Positions 49,636 to 63,775 of a DNA stretch of 64,000 nt are shown here, piece after piece. The DNA comes from an uncultured Chloroflexia bacterium (GTDB lineage Bacteria > Chloroflexota > Limnocylindria > QHBO01), in NCBI GenBank assembly GCA_963827475.1, contig CAWHAZ010000003.1, positions 64,001-128,000 on the forward strand. The letters run 5' to 3'. Under the pieces are notes generated by a model. The model had not been told where the DNA came from and did not search any database. It saw only the letters and a program-made list of their open reading frames with translations. Made by a program: the position numbers and the translations under genes. How positions within the stretch are numbered: the first letter of the stretch is position 1; every line of letters begins with the position of its first letter.

Positions 49636-50309
49636 TCGGTCGCGCCCTCGACGTCAGCCTCCTCCACCTCGTTCGTCGCCTCGGCCGGCGCGTCGTCGTC
49701 GTCCGGTGCCGCCGCGGCCTCGCCGCCGGCCTTCTCGCCATCGGAATCGGCCTTCTTGGCGCCGCCCTTCTTCCGCTTGCGCTTCGCGGCCTTCTCGGCC
49801 GCCTCGGCCGCCGCCTTGGCCTCCGCCTCCTCGTCGATGGGGTCGCCGTCGGGCCAGCTGATCCGCTGCGCGGTCGAGCCGACCGCGGCCAGCTTGTCGA
49901 GGGCCGAGCGGGAGAAGGCGTGGGCATGGATCGTCACGCCCTTCGGGGCGTCGCCGACGCCGAGGATCTTCACCGGCAGGGCCTTCGACTTCGAGCGACG
50001 GAGAAGGCCGTCGTGGACGAGGACGTCCGGGGTGATCAGGGTCCCCGCCTCGGCATCGGTCAGCCGGCCGAGGTTCACCGGCGCGTACTCGACCCGGCCC
50101 CGGTTGCGGAAGCCGTGGAGCTTCGGGGTGCGGACGTGGAGCGGCGTCTGGCCGCCCTCGAACCAGGCCGGGATCGAGGCCCCGGCCCGCGACTTCTGGC
50201 CCTTCGTCCCGCGTCCGGCGGTCTTGCCCTTGCCCGAGCCGTGGCCGCGTCCGACGCGGCGTGCCGGGGTGTGCGACCCGGGAGCCGGCTTCAGGTCGTG
50301 CAGCTTCAT
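49632..50309 (-). CDS. rplO: 50S ribosomal protein L15 with charged C-terminal extension
   Basis: [41 protein letters not shown]; start ATG 50309. Confidence 0.96.
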   Translation of the reverse strand: MKLHDLKPAPGSHTPARRVGRGHGSGKGKTAGRGTKGQKSRAGASIPAWFEGGQTPLHVRTPKLHGFRNRGRVEYAPVNLGRLTDAEAGTLITPDVLVHDGLLRRSKSKALPVKILGVGDAPKGVTIHAHAFSRSALDKLAAVGSTAQRISWPDGDPIDEEAEAKAAAEAAEKAAKRKRKKGGAKKADSDGEKAGGEAAAAPDDDDAPAEATNEVEEADVEGATE

Positions 50310-50533
50310 TCGGACGTCCCCTCGCCACCGGGCTCGGTGACCTCGACCAGGAAGGCGACCCGGCGGAGCATGCCGCGGATCTGGGGCGTGTCCGCGACCA
50401 CCACGGTGTGATGCAGGCGGCGCAGGCCGAGCGCTCGGATCGTGCCGCGGGCGGCCGCCTTGTGACCGATCTCGGAGCGGACCCACTTCACCTTGATCGT
50501 GCGCGGGTTGGACGAGGTGCGCTTAGCGGCCAC
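50306..50533 (-). CDS. rpmD: 50S ribosomal protein L30
   Basis: [28 protein letters not shown]. Confidence 0.95.
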   Translation of the reverse strand: MAAKRTSSNPRTIKVKWVRSEIGHKAAARGTIRALGLRRLHHTVVVADTPQIRGMLRRVAFLVEVTEPGGEGTSE

Positions 50534-51113
50534 GCGGCGGGCCTCCGGGGAAGTTCATGGGCTCGGGCCGCTCGCGGTAGACGTGGGGCTGGCGGGCCGC
50601 TTCCGCGCCGCGCTTGCCGAGCAGCTGCTCGGCGGTCTTGCCGCGGCGGGCGGCCATGTCGTCGGCGGAGTGCAGGTTGGCGAGGCAGTCGAGCGTGGCC
50701 CGCACGACGTTGACCGGGTTCGTGCTGCCCATCGTCTTGGACAGCAGGTCGTGGATGCCGGCCACCTCGACCACGGCCCGCACGGAACCGCCGGCGATGA
50801 CGCCGGTGCCCGCCGATGCCGGGCGAAGGAGGACGCGCGAGGCGCCGAAGTCACGCTGGATGGTGTGCGGGATGGTGCTGCCCACCAGCGGGACGCGGAT
50901 GAGGTGCTTCTTGGCATCCTCCACGCCCTTGCGGATGGCCTCCGGGACCTCGCCCGCCTTGCCCAGCCCGGCGCCGACCACGCCGCGGCCGTCGCCGACG
51001 ACCACGATGGCGCTGAAGCTGAACCGCCGGCCGCCCTTGACGACCTTGGCGACCCGGTTGATCTGGACGACCTTCTCTTCGAGGCTGAGCTTGGTGGGAT
51101 CGATACGTGGCAT
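50523..51113 (-). CDS. rpsE: 30S ribosomal protein S5
   Basis: [36 protein letters not shown]. Confidence 0.97.
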   Translation of the reverse strand: MPRIDPTKLSLEEKVVQINRVAKVVKGGRRFSFSAIVVVGDGRGVVGAGLGKAGEVPEAIRKGVEDAKKHLIRVPLVGSTIPHTIQRDFGASRVLLRPASAGTGVIAGGSVRAVVEVAGIHDLLSKTMGSTNPVNVVRATLDCLANLHSADDMAARRGKTAEQLLGKRGAEAARQPHVYRERPEPMNFPGGPPRGR

Positions 51114-51125
51114 GGGTTCTCCGCT

Positions 51126-51485
51126 CTACAGTTCGAGGCCGCCCTGGCGGGCGCCCTCGGCGAGCGAGCGAACCCGCCCGTGATACCGATATCCGCCGCG
51201 GTCGAGGACGACCTGGGTCACGCCGGCAGCGCGGGCCCGCTCGGCGAGCGCCTTGCCCACCGCCTCGGCGGCGGCCACCGTCCCACCGGAGCCGGTCAGG
51301 CTGGGCTCGCGGCTGGAGGCCGCGGCCAGGGTGCGGCCGGTGCTGTCGTCGATGACCTGGGCGTAGATGAATCGCGAGCTGCGGAACACGCTCAGCCGGG
51401 GCCGCTCGGGGCTTCCGGCCAGGCGGAGCCGGAGCCGGGCGTGACGCTTGCGGCGCAGCGCGTCGCGCGAGGTCTTCTTGATCAT
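51126..51485 (-). CDS. rplR: 50S ribosomal protein L18
   Basis: [28 protein letters not shown]. Confidence 0.97.
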   Translation of the reverse strand: MIKKTSRDALRRKRHARLRLRLAGSPERPRLSVFRSSRFIYAQVIDDSTGRTLAAASSREPSLTGSGGTVAAAEAVGKALAERARAAGVTQVVLDRGGYRYHGRVRSLAEGARQGGLEL

Positions 51486-52036
51486 CAGGCCGCGCCTCCG
51501 ACCTTGCCGGCCTTGCCGGCCTTGCGTCGGATCTGCTCCCCGGCGTACTTGATGCCCTTGCCCTTGTACGGCTCAGGCTTGCGCCGGGCGCGGATGGCGG
51601 CGGCCACCTGGCCGACCAGCTCGCGGTCGGGCCCGCTCACCGCCAGGCGGGTCGGGGTCTCGACGGTGAAGGTGATGCCCTCCGGCGGTTTGACCTCGAC
51701 CGGATGCGAGAAGCCGAGGGCCAGGACGAGCATGTCGCCCTGGAGCTGGGCGCGGTACCCGACGCCACTGATCTCGAGATTCTTGGTGAACCCGCTGGTC
51801 ACGCCGGTCACCATGTTGGCGACGAGCGACCGGGTCAGACCATGCAGGGCCCGGTGGCGCGGAGCGTCGGACGGGCGCTCGACGCGAAGCACGCCGTCCT
51901 CGTGGACGAGGGTCATCTCGGGGTGCACGTCACGCTCGAGGGTCCCGAGGGGGCCCGTGATGCTGACGTGCTGGCGGTCGAGGGAGACCTCGACGCCGTC
52001 CGGGATGGGGATGGGCAGACGCCCGATACGTGACAT
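51485..52036 (-). CDS. rplF: 50S ribosomal protein L6
   Basis: [28 protein letters not shown]. Confidence 0.98.
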   Translation of the reverse strand: MSRIGRLPIPIPDGVEVSLDRQHVSITGPLGTLERDVHPEMTLVHEDGVLRVERPSDAPRHRALHGLTRSLVANMVTGVTSGFTKNLEISGVGYRAQLQGDMLVLALGFSHPVEVKPPEGITFTVETPTRLAVSGPDRELVGQVAAAIRARRKPEPYKGKGIKYAGEQIRRKAGKAGKVGGAA

Positions 52037-52042
52037 CGGTCC

Positions 52043-52441
52043 CTACCAGACGTAGCAGATCACTTCGCCGCCCAGGTTCAGCTTCCGGGCCTGCTGCCCG
52101 GTCATGATCCCGTGGGAGGTGGAGAGGATGGCCACGCCCAGGCCGCCCAGGACGCGGGGAATCTCGGTCTTGCGCGCGTAGACCCGCAGGCCGGGCTTGC
52201 TGATCCGCTTCAGGCCGGTGACGACGGGGGTCTTGCCCTCGACGTACTTGAGGGTCAGCACGAGGTGGTCGTGTCCGTCCTCGACCCGGTTCTGGTACGA
52301 GCCGATGAAGCCTTCCTCGACCAGGATGCGGGCGATCTCGGTCTTCACCCGTGAGCCGGGGAGCACGACCTCGCTGTGCCGCGCCAGGCTCGCGTTCCGG
52401 ACCCGGGTCAGCATGTCGGCGATGGGATCGGTGACGTTCAT
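52043..52441 (-). CDS. rpsH: 30S ribosomal protein S8
   Basis: [35 protein letters not shown]; start ATG 52441. Confidence 0.97.
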   Translation of the reverse strand: MNVTDPIADMLTRVRNASLARHSEVVLPGSRVKTEIARILVEEGFIGSYQNRVEDGHDHLVLTLKYVEGKTPVVTGLKRISKPGLRVYARKTEIPRVLGGLGVAILSTSHGIMTGQQARKLNLGGEVICYVW

Positions 52442-52443
52442 CG

Positions 52444-52629
52444 CTACCAGCTCGACTTCGTGACGCCGGGCAGCATCCCGTCGAGGGCCCGCTCCCGGAA
52501 GCAGATCCGGCACAGGGCGAATCGGCGCATGTAGGCGCGCGGCCGGCCGCACACCGTGCAGCGGTTGTGGCCGCGGACCGGGAACTTCGGCTTGCGTTGG
52601 GCCTTGGCGATCATTGATTTCTTGGCCAT
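52444..52629 (-). CDS. rpsN: 30S ribosomal protein S14 (type Z)
   Basis: [25 protein letters not shown]. Confidence 0.97.
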   Translation of the reverse strand: MAKKSMIAKAQRKPKFPVRGHNRCTVCGRPRAYMRRFALCRICFRERALDGMLPGVTKSSW

Positions 52630-52647
52630 GTCTATCGGTCCTCAGGC

Positions 52648-53373
52648 TCAGGTGGCGGAGAAGGGCATGCCCAGCAGGGCGAGGAGGCGACGGCCTTCCT
52701 CGTCGGTGGGGGCGGTGGTGACGATGCTGATCTCGAAGCCGCGAAGGCGGTCGATCTTGTCGTAGTCGATTTCGGGGTACATGAGCTGCTCGCGGAGACC
52801 GAGGCTGAAGTTGCCGCGGCCGTCGAACGAGCGCGGCGAGACTCCCCGGAAGTCGCGGATGCGGGGCAGGGCCAGGCGCATCGTCCGCTCGAGGAAGTCG
52901 TACATCCGCTGGCCGCGGAGGGTGACCTTGGCCCCCACCGGCATCCCGGTCCGCAGCCGGAACTGGGCGATGGAGCGGGTGGCCCGGGTCACGATCGGCT
53001 TCTGGCCGGTGATGGTCGCGAGGTCGCCGACGGCGGCGTCGATTGCCTTCGCGTTCTGGATGGCTTCGCCCAGGCCGATGTTCACGACGACCTTGTCCAG
53101 GCGCGGGACCTGCATCGGGTTCGCGTAGCCGAACTCCCGCTGGAGCGCGGGCACGACCTCGTCGCGGTAGCGCAGGCGCAGACCGACGGGCTCCCGTCGG
53201 CCGGCGGCCGACTTCTTCGACGCGGCTGCCTTCGCGGGTGCGGCTTCGGCGTCGGCCGGTGCCGCGGTCTTGGCGGCCGGCTTGCGAGCGGCGGGCTTCC
53301 GAGCGGCCGCCTTGCGGTCCGCTGGATTGCGGTCGGCCGGCTTGCGCGCCGCCTTTGTCGGCTCGTCGGTCAC
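52648..53373 (-). CDS. rplE: 50S ribosomal protein L5 with Ala/Lys/Arg-rich N-terminal extension
   Basis: [37 protein letters not shown]; about 60-aa leader with KPAARK repeats. Confidence 0.96.
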   Translation of the reverse strand: MTDEPTKAARKPADRNPADRKAAARKPAARKPAAKTAAPADAEAAPAKAAASKKSAAGRREPVGLRLRYRDEVVPALQREFGYANPMQVPRLDKVVVNIGLGEAIQNAKAIDAAVGDLATITGQKPIVTRATRSIAQFRLRTGMPVGAKVTLRGQRMYDFLERTMRLALPRIRDFRGVSPRSFDGRGNFSLGLREQLMYPEIDYDKIDRLRGFEISIVTTAPTDEEGRRLLALLGMPFSAT

Positions 53374-53705
53374 GTGCCCACCTCCAGCTGCTCGCCGCAG
53401 TGGCGACAGACGCGGACCCGGGTCTTGTGCGCGTCATCGAGCCGGGCATGGCCGATGCGGGTCGGCTTGTCGCAGTTGGGACAGACCACCATCACGTTGC
53501 TGATCTGGATCGGGATCGGCAGGTCGATGATGCCCGCCGTCTGCTGGCGGCCACCGCGGGATTTCTGGTGACGCTTGGCCATGTTCAGCCCGGGAACCAC
53601 GACCGCCAGGCCACGGCGCGTGCGCTGGACGCGCTCCACCTTGCCCCGCTTGCCGCGGTCCTTGCCGGCCAGGACCATCACCGTGTCACCTTTCCGGACG
53701 GCCAT
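53370..53705 (-). CDS. rplX: 50S ribosomal protein L24
   Basis: [32 protein letters not shown]. Confidence 0.96.
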   Translation of the reverse strand: MAVRKGDTVMVLAGKDRGKRGKVERVQRTRRGLAVVVPGLNMAKRHQKSRGGRQQTAGIIDLPIPIQISNVMVVCPNCDKPTRIGHARLDDAHKTRVRVCRHCGEQLEVGT

Positions 53706-54073
53706 CACAGCACCTCCGGAGCGAGCGAGATGATCTTCATGTAGTTCCGCTCCCGCAGCTCGCGGGCGACCGGGCCGAAGATGCGCGTCCCGCGCGGGTT
53801 GCCCTGGGGCGTGATCAGGACCGCGGCGTTCTCGTCGAAGCGGATGTGGCTGCCGTCGGGCCGGCCGTAGCCCTTGGTGGTCCGCACGATCACGGCGCGG
53901 ACGACCTCGCCCTTCTTGACCCCGGAGTTGGGCATGGCCTGCTTGACGCTGGCGACGATGACGTCACCGACCGAGGCGGTCTCGCTCGTGGAGCGGCCGA
54001 CCACGGTGATGCACATCAGCTCGCGCGCGCCGGTGTTGTCGGCCACCCGCAGCCGGGTCTGGCGTCGGATCAC
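53705..54073 (-). CDS. rplN: 50S ribosomal protein L14
   Basis: [37 protein letters not shown]. Confidence 0.98.
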   Translation of the reverse strand: MIRRQTRLRVADNTGARELMCITVVGRSTSETASVGDVIVASVKQAMPNSGVKKGEVVRAVIVRTTKGYGRPDGSHIRFDENAAVLITPQGNPRGTRIFGPVARELRERNYMKIISLAPEVL

Positions 54074-54429
54074 GCGGGCTCTCCCTCGACCGCGGCCGGC
54101 TCAGCCTCGGCCTCCGCCTCGACGGCTGGCTCCGGGTGCAGGATCGCCTCGTCGGCCATCGGCTCGGCGGCCGACTCCGAGATCCCGTGGCCGAGGATCT
54201 CGACCAGACGCCAGCGCTTGTCGCGCGACAGCGGCCGGCTCTCCTCGATCCGGACGGTGTCGCCGACCTTGGCCGCGTTCTCCGCGTCGTGGGCCTTGAA
54301 CTTCGTCGAGCGTCGAATGACGCGCTTGTAGATCGGGTGGCGCTGCAGGCGCTCGACGCTGACCACCACCGTCTTGTCCATCTTGTCGGACACGACGCGT
54401 CCGACCTTCGTTCGTCGCTTGCCGGCCAT
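54070..54429 (-). CDS. rpsQ: 30S ribosomal protein S17 with acidic tail
   Basis: [34 protein letters not shown]. Confidence 0.97.
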   Translation of the reverse strand: MAGKRRTKVGRVVSDKMDKTVVVSVERLQRHPIYKRVIRRSTKFKAHDAENAAKVGDTVRIEESRPLSRDKRWRLVEILGHGISESAAEPMADEAILHPEPAVEAEAEAEPAAVEGEPA

Positions 54430-54647
54430 CACGCAGTCTCCTGGGTAGCGGCTGCGGCGGCGCGCTCACGCTCGGTCATGACGGTCAGGATGCGGGCGAT
54501 CCGCTGCCGCGTCGCCGGCAGGCGGCTGTAGTTCTTCTCCTGGCGCGTGGCCAGGTCGAAGCGGATCTTCCACAGCTCCTGCTTGGCATCGGCCAGGGCG
54601 ACGACCAGGTCGGCGTCGCTGAGGGCGCGGACCTCACTGATGTCCAT
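54429..54647 (-). CDS. rpmC: 50S ribosomal protein L29
   Basis: [22 protein letters not shown]; operon position. Confidence 0.95.
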   Translation of the reverse strand: MDISEVRALSDADLVVALADAKQELWKIRFDLATRQEKNYSRLPATRQRIARILTVMTERERAAAAATQETA

Positions 54648-55062
54648 GTTCGACGCCCTCCTTGATCACGAATTTCGTCGAGATCGGCAGCTTGTGGCTG
54701 GCCAGCCGCATCGCCTCGCGAGCGATCGGCTCCGGCACCCCGGACATCTCGAACATCACCCGGCCCGGCTTGACGACCGCGACCCAGTGATCCGGGGCCC
54801 CCTTGCCCGATCCCATCCGGACCTCCGCCGGCTTCTTGGTGACCGGCTTGTCGGGGAAGACGCGGATCCAGACCCGCCCGCCTCGCTTGATGTGGTGGGT
54901 CATCGCCCGTCGGGCAGCCTCGATCTGGCGGCTGGTCAACCAGCACACCTCTTCGGCCACCAGGCCGTAGTCCCCGAACGACACGGTCGTCCCACCCTTG
55001 GCCAGCCCGGCTCGGCGGCCGCGCTGGACCTTGCGGTGCTTGACACGCTTCGGTAGCAGCAT
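54634..55062 (-). CDS. rplP: 50S ribosomal protein L16
   Basis: [38 protein letters not shown]; start ATG 55062. Confidence 0.97.
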   Translation of the reverse strand: MLLPKRVKHRKVQRGRRAGLAKGGTTVSFGDYGLVAEEVCWLTSRQIEAARRAMTHHIKRGGRVWIRVFPDKPVTKKPAEVRMGSGKGAPDHWVAVVKPGRVMFEMSGVPEPIAREAMRLASHKLPISTKFVIKEGVEHGHQ

Positions 55063-55063
55063 G

Positions 55064-56192
55064 TCAGTCCTTGCCCTTTGGCTTGGCCCTGGGCTTGGCC
55101 GGAGTCTTCGGCTTGGCCGGAGTCTTCGGCTTAGTCTTCGGCTTGGCCGGAGTCTTCGGCTTGGCCCTGGGCTTGGCCTTCGGCTTCGATTCGGCTGCGG
55201 CGCTGGCCTCGGGCTCAGGCTCGGGCTGAACCGATGCCGGCTCGGGCTCGCCGGCCGCGACGGTTGCCACCTCGGTTTCGGCTGCAGCCGCCACCTCCGG
55301 CTCCACCTCGGCCTCGGGCTGGGGCTCCACCGATGCCGGCTTGGCGACTGGCGAACCTCGGCGACCACCTCTTGGCGACCACCTCCTCGGCGGCAACCGC
55401 GGGTTCCGTGACCGTTCCGGTGTCGACCGCGACCTCGGGCTCGGCCACGGCCACTGGAGACTCCGGCGCCTCTCCGTCCTCCGCAGCGGCGGCCCGTCCG
55501 CGGGCCTTGGGTCGTGCCCGTGTGCTCCGCGCCTCGCGCGGCTCCGTCCGGGCCGAGCCCGGCATGTCGGCCAGGGTCTCGCCTCGGTAGATCCAGACCT
55601 TGACCCCGATCCGGCCATAGGTCGTGGCGGCGTGGACGACGCCGTAGCTGATATCGGCCCGGAGCGTGCCGAGAGGAATGCGACCCTCCTTGTCCCACTC
55701 GCGGCGGGACATCTCGGTGCCGCCGAGGCGCCCGGAGACCTGGATCTTCACGCCCTTGGCCCCGGCCTTGATGCTGCGCTGCACGCCCTGCTTCACGGCC
55801 TTGCGGAACGCGATCCGTCGCTCGAGCTGTCCGGCGATGCTCTGGGCCACGAGGACGGCATCCAGCTCGGGCTGGAGGACCTCCTTGATCTCGAGCTTGA
55901 CCTTCTTATCGGTCAGCTTGCCGATCGAGTTGCGGAGCAGCTCGACGTTGGCGCCGCCCTTGCCGATGACAATCCCCGGCTTCGCGGTGTGGACGGTCAC
56001 GGTCACGTGGTTGATGCCGCGCTCGATCTCGACCTGGCTCACGCTGGCGTTCGCCAGCTGCTTGGCGACCAGGCCGCGGATCTTCATGTCCTCCTGGAGC
56101 AGCGTCGCGTAGTCGCGGTCGGCGTACCACTTCGCCAGCCACGGCTTGTTGATGCCGATCCGGTAGCCGTAGGGGTGAACCTTGTGGCCCAT
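55064..56192 (-). CDS. rpsC: 30S ribosomal protein S3 with long acidic-then-basic C-terminal tail (frameshift in tail)
   Basis: [42 protein letters not shown]; the tail continues in the 55064 frame after a garbled stretch near 55350-55380. Confidence 0.93.
55078..55185. repeat. 18-bp-unit repeats encoding KPKTPA in the S3 tail
   Basis: ggcttggccggagtcttc repeated three times, with degenerate flanking copies. Confidence 0.85.
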
Positions 56193-56533
56193 CAGCTGTC
56201 ACCTCGGTCAGCGACCGAGACCGTGATGTGGCTCGTGCGCTTCAGAATCTGGAAGGCGCGCCCCTGGGCGCGTGGTCGAATGCGTTTCAGGGTTGGTCCC
56301 TCGTTGGCGATGGCGGACTCCACGTGGAGCTCGTCGGCGGTCAGGTTGAAGTTGTTCTCCGCGTTCGCGGTCGCGCTGCGCAGGACCTTGGCCACGTCGC
56401 GCGCCGCCGCGTTCGGCAGGAAGCGGAGGATGGCCGCGGCTTCCTCCACCGGGCGGCCGACGATCATGTCGGTTACCAGGCGCACCTTGCGGGCGCTGAT
56501 CCGGACATACCTGGCGGTGGCGGAGACGCGCAT
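56192..56533 (-). CDS. rplV: 50S ribosomal protein L22
   Basis: [35 protein letters not shown]. Confidence 0.97.
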   Translation of the reverse strand: MRVSATARYVRISARKVRLVTDMIVGRPVEEAAAILRFLPNAAARDVAKVLRSATANAENNFNLTADELHVESAIANEGPTLKRIRPRAQGRAFQILKRTSHITVSVADRGDS

Positions 56534-56543
56534 CGGTCTGGTC

Positions 56544-56828
56544 CTACTTCAGCGCCGAGCTGCGCTCGGTGTGCCGGCCGTGGCCGCGGAAGTGGCGGGT
56601 CGGGGCGAACTCGCCCAGGCGGTGGCCGACCATGTTCTCGGTCATGAAGACCGGGACGTGGCGGCGTCCGTCGTGGACGGCGATGGTGTGGCCGATCATG
56701 GCCGGGAAGATGACCGAGGCCCGTGACCAGGTCTTCAGCACCTTGCGCTCGTTGCGCTTGTTCATGTCCTCGATCCGACCCAGCAGCCGCGGGTCGACGA
56801 AGGGACCTTTCTTGACGGAACGGCTCAT
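56544..56828 (-). CDS. rpsS: 30S ribosomal protein S19
   Basis: [30 protein letters not shown]. Confidence 0.98.
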   Translation of the reverse strand: MSRSVKKGPFVDPRLLGRIEDMNKRNERKVLKTWSRASVIFPAMIGHTIAVHDGRRHVPVFMTENMVGHRLGEFAPTRHFRGHGRHTERSSALK

Positions 56829-56837
56829 GTCGTCTCC

Positions 56838-57668
56838 TTACCCGCGTCCGTAGCGGCGGCGGACGATCAGCCGATCGCTCGCCTGGTGGCGCCGGGTGCG
56901 CAGGCCCATGGCGGGCTTGCCCCACGGGGTCTTCGGTGGCATGCCGATCGGCGACTTGCCCTCGCCACCACCGTGCGGGTGGTCGTTGGGGTTCATCACG
57001 ACGCCTCGGACCGATGGCCGGCGGCCGAGGTGCCGGTTGCGGCCGGCCTTGCCGATCTTCTGGTTCTCGTGCTCGAGGTTGCTCACCTGGCCGACGGTGG
57101 CCATGCAGGCCGCCCGCACGCGGCGCACCTCGCCGGACGGAAGACGGATGGTGGCCATCTCCCCTTCCTTGGCGAGCAGCTGGGCCGCGCTGCCGGCGCT
57201 GCGCACGATCTGGCCGCCGCGGCCGGCGACCAGCTCGACGTTGTGGATCTGGGTCCCGAGCGGGATCCGGGACAGCGGCAGGGCGTTGCCGACCCGCGCC
57301 TCGACGTCTGGGCCGGCGGCGACCTGGTCGCCGACCTTCAGGCCGTGGGGCAGGAGCATGTAGCGCTTCTCCCCGTCGGCGTAGTGGAGCAGGGCGATCC
57401 GCGCCGACCGGTTCGGGTCGTACTCGACCGTCGCGATCCGGGCCGGCACCCCGTGCTTGTCTCGCCGCCAGTCGATGACCCGGTACATGCGCTTGTGCCC
57501 GCCACCCTGGTGGCGAACCGTGAGCTTGCCCTGTGAGTTCCGACCGGCCTTCGAGTTCAGGTTCTCGGTCAATGGCTTGTGCGGCTTGTCGGTCGTGATC
57601 TCCTCGAACGTCGATCGCGTCATCTGCCGCAGGGACGGGGTGTTGGGCCGATAGCTGCGCAGGGGCAT
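56838..57668 (-). CDS. rplB: 50S ribosomal protein L2
   Basis: [42 protein letters not shown]. Confidence 0.98.
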   Translation of the reverse strand: MPLRSYRPNTPSLRQMTRSTFEEITTDKPHKPLTENLNSKAGRNSQGKLTVRHQGGGHKRMYRVIDWRRDKHGVPARIATVEYDPNRSARIALLHYADGEKRYMLLPHGLKVGDQVAAGPDVEARVGNALPLSRIPLGTQIHNVELVAGRGGQIVRSAGSAAQLLAKEGEMATIRLPSGEVRRVRAACMATVGQVSNLEHENQKIGKAGRNRHLGRRPSVRGVVMNPNDHPHGGGEGKSPIGMPPKTPWGKPAMGLRTRRHQASDRLIVRRRYGRG

Positions 57669-57670
57669 CG

Positions 57671-57967
57671 TCACACCACCTCGAACAGTTCGATCTTGTC
57701 GCCGTCGGCGATGGTCACGACCGCCTTGCGCCAGCCACTGACCATGCCCTTCGTCCGGCGGCCGCGGCTCTTCTGCTTGGGGTGCACGGTCTGGACCCGC
57801 ACCCCGAGCACGGTGACCTTGAACTCGGCTTCGACGGCGGCCTTGATCTGGAACTTGTTGGCGTCGGTCCGAACCGCAAACGTGTAGTTGTTGCGCTCGA
57901 TCTCGGCCACCGACTTCTCGCTGACCACGGGGCGCAGGAGCACGTCGTGGATGGTGCGCGCCGTCAT
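57671..57967 (-). CDS. rplW: 50S ribosomal protein L23
   Basis: [31 protein letters not shown]; start ATG 57967. Confidence 0.96.
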   Translation of the reverse strand: MTARTIHDVLLRPVVSEKSVAEIERNNYTFAVRTDANKFQIKAAVEAEFKVTVLGVRVQTVHPKQKSRGRRTKGMVSGWRKAVVTIADGDKIELFEVV

Positions 57968-58587
57968 GCGAACACCTCCTCGGCGCGTACGACCGCGTCG
58001 CGGGTGAAGACGATCGTGTCCGCCTCGAGGAGGTCGACCACGTTGAGGCTGTCGGCCAGGATGATGCGGACCTCGCGGAGGTTGGCCGCCGAGCGCTCGA
58101 CGATCTCGTCGCGGGCCGCCAGCACCAGGAGCACGCGACCAGCGGCCTCCCAGGCGGCCAGGCGCTCGATCATGGCCCTGGTCTGGATCTTCTCCAACCC
58201 AAAGCCCTCGACGACCTTGACCGCCCCATCGGCGGCCTTCGCGCTCAGCGTCCCGCGCAGCGCGGCGCGGCGCACCTTGGCGTTGACCTTGACGCCGAAG
58301 TCGCGTGGATGCGGCCCGAAGACCACTCCCCCGCCGCGCCACTGCGGTGAGTTCTTGCTGCCCTGGCGGGCGCGACCGGTCCCCTTCTGGCGCCACGGCT
58401 TGCGGCCGCCGCCCCGCACCTCGCCGCGGGTCTTCGTGTCCGACGTGCCCACCCGGCGGCCGGCCAGCTGGGCCATGGCCGCCTGGTGGATGAGCGGCGT
58501 CCGGACCGGCGCGGCGAACAGCGAGTCGGCGAGCTCGATCGAGCCCTTCGTGCTGCCGGTGGGAGTCAGGATCGGTGCGGAGGGCAT
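57964..58587 (-). CDS. rplD: 50S ribosomal protein L4
   Basis: [35 protein letters not shown]. Confidence 0.97.
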   Translation of the reverse strand: MPSAPILTPTGSTKGSIELADSLFAAPVRTPLIHQAAMAQLAGRRVGTSDTKTRGEVRGGGRKPWRQKGTGRARQGSKNSPQWRGGGVVFGPHPRDFGVKVNAKVRRAALRGTLSAKAADGAVKVVEGFGLEKIQTRAMIERLAAWEAAGRVLLVLAARDEIVERSAANLREVRIILADSLNVVDLLEADTIVFTRDAVVRAEEVFA

Positions 58588-59213
58588 CAGCCTTCCACCT
58601 TCCGGATGATCAGCAGCGCGTTCCGCGCACCGGGCACCGCGCCGCGGACGAGCAGCAGGGAGCGCTCGGCATCCACCTTCACGACCTCGAGCTTCTGCAC
58701 CGTGATCCGCTCGTCGCCCATGTGACCGCTCATCCGGGTGCCCTTGAAGACCCGGCCCGGCGTGGTGCCAGCCCCGATCGAGCCCGGCTGGCGGGTATTG
58801 GTCGAGCCGTGGGTCACTGGTCCGCGGTGGAAATGATGGCGCTTGACCGTGCCGGCGAAGCCGCGCCCCTTGCTCGTGCCGGTCACGTCGACCAGGTCAC
58901 CGACCGCGAACAGGCTCACGTCCAGGGCTTGACCAGGCTCGAAACCTTCCGTCGAGTCGACCCGGAATTCGCGCAACACCGATGGTCGCGGCGCGTCCTT
59001 GTCCAATGCCTTCAGCTGGCCGGCGACGGGCTTCGTGACACGGCGTGCCGACCCGGCGCCGACCTGGACGGCGGCATAGCCGTCGCGTTCGACGTTCCGG
59101 ATCATCGTCACCGTGTTCGGGGCAGCGGCGATGACGCTCACCGGGACGACACTGCCGTCCTCGGCGAAGAGCCGCGTCATGCCGAGCTTGCGCCCGATCA
59201 ACCCAACCGTCAC
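58587..59213 (-). CDS. rplC: 50S ribosomal protein L3
   Basis: GRKLGMT, DGYAAVQVG, SKGRGFAG.VKRH, PGRVFKG.RMSGHMG. Confidence 0.97.
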   Translation of the reverse strand: MTVGLIGRKLGMTRLFAEDGSVVPVSVIAAAPNTVTMIRNVERDGYAAVQVGAGSARRVTKPVAGQLKALDKDAPRPSVLREFRVDSTEGFEPGQALDVSLFAVGDLVDVTGTSKGRGFAGTVKRHHFHRGPVTHGSTNTRQPGSIGAGTTPGRVFKGTRMSGHMGDERITVQKLEVVKVDAERSLLLVRGAVPGARNALLIIRKVEG

Positions 59214-59220
59214 CCCAACC

Positions 59221-59529
59221 TCACATCTTGATCTCGATGTCGACGCCCGCCGCCAGCGAGAGCCGCATCAGCGCATCGACCGTCTTCGACGAGGGATCGA
59301 TGATGTCGATCAGCCGCTTGTGCGTTCGAATCTCGAACTGCTCCCGACCGTCCTTGTGGATGAACGGGCCGCGGATGACCGTGAACTTCTCGATCCGCGT
59401 CGGCAACGGAACGGGGCCGACGATCTCGGCGCCCGTCCGCTGGGCCGTGTCCACGATCTGCTCGGCCGACTGGTCGAGCAGCTTGTGGTCGTAGGCCCGA
59501 AGCCGGATGCGGATGCGCTGCTTGGCCAT
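59221..59529 (-). CDS. rpsJ: 30S ribosomal protein S10
   Basis: [32 protein letters not shown]. Confidence 0.98.
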   Translation of the reverse strand: MAKQRIRIRLRAYDHKLLDQSAEQIVDTAQRTGAEIVGPVPLPTRIEKFTVIRGPFIHKDGREQFEIRTHKRLIDIIDPSSKTVDALMRLSLAAGVDIEIKM

Positions 59530-59535
59530 CGGTAC

Positions 59536-60738
<1,203 letters not shown>

Positions 60739-60770
60739 GGTGCTTGCTTGTTGCTCCTCCTAGGTGGGTG

Positions 60771-62846
<2,076 letters not shown>

Positions 62847-62878
62847 CTCGGTCCCCTTGGTTCGCGGGGCGGTCGCGA

Positions 62879-63352
62879 CTACCACCGGAAGTGGCTGAAG
62901 GCCTTGTTGGCCTCCGCCATTCGGTGCGTGTCTTCGCGGCGCTTGACGGCGGCGCCCAGGCCGTTGGAGGCGTCGATCAGCTCGGCCGCCAGCTTCTCGC
63001 TCATCGAGCGACCGTTCCGCTTGCGCGCGGCCTCGATCAGCCAGCGCATGCCAAGCGAAACGCGCCGGTCGGCGCGCACTTCGACGGGGATCTGGTAGGT
63101 CGAGCCCCCGACCCGCTTGGGCTTGACCTCGATCATCGGCATGGCGTTGCGCATGGCTCCCTCGAGGACCTCGATCCCCGACCGCCCAGCCTGCGACTCG
63201 GCGCGGCTGAGCGCGTCTTCCAGGATGCGCGACGCGAGCTGTCGCTTGCCGCCGCGCATGAGTTTGTTCGTGAACTGGTCCATGGTCAGCGCGGTGCCGG
63301 ACAGGGTCTCGTCGTACTTCGACTTGCGCGCGACGGTGGGGCGGCGCGGCAT
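62879..63352 (-). CDS. rpsG: 30S ribosomal protein S7
   Basis: [36 protein letters not shown]. Confidence 0.97.
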   Translation of the reverse strand: MPRRPTVARKSKYDETLSGTALTMDQFTNKLMRGGKRQLASRILEDALSRAESQAGRSGIEVLEGAMRNAMPMIEVKPKRVGGSTYQIPVEVRADRRVSLGMRWLIEAARKRNGRSMSEKLAAELIDASNGLGAAVKRREDTHRMAEANKAFSHFRW

Positions 63353-63355
63353 GGC

Positions 63356-63775
63356 TTACGCCTTCCCCGCCGACTTGGCGCCGTACTTGCTCCGTCCCTG
63401 CTGCCGGTCGCGCACGCCGGCCGCGTCGAGCGGGCCACGGATGATGTGGTATTTCACCGCCGGCAGGTCCGGCACACGGCCGCCACGGACCAGGACCACC
63501 GAGTGCTCCTGGAGGTTGTGACCGATGCCCGGGATGTAGGCCGTGACCTCCATCCCGTTGGTCAGGCGGACGCGCGCGACCTTGCGCAGGGCGGAGTTCG
63601 GCTTCTTGGGCGTGCGAGTCATGACCTGCAGGCAGACACCGCGTCGCTGGGGCGCACCGCGCCCCTCCGATGCGGTCTGGGTCAGGTTGTTGAACGTCCG
63701 CCGCAGGGCGGGCGCCTTGACCTTCTTCCGAACCGGCTTGCGGCCCTTGCGGACCAGCTGGTTGATGGTCGGCAA
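63356..63775 (-). CDS. rpsL: 30S ribosomal protein S12
   Basis: (L)[48 protein letters not shown]; TTG start at 63775 after GAGG. Confidence 0.97.
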   Translation of the reverse strand: MPTINQLVRKGRKPVRKKVKAPALRRTFNNLTQTASEGRGAPQRRGVCLQVMTRTPKKPNSALRKVARVRLTNGMEVTAYIPGIGHNLQEHSVVLVRGGRVPDLPAVKYHIIRGPLDAAGVRDRQQGRSKYGAKSAGKA

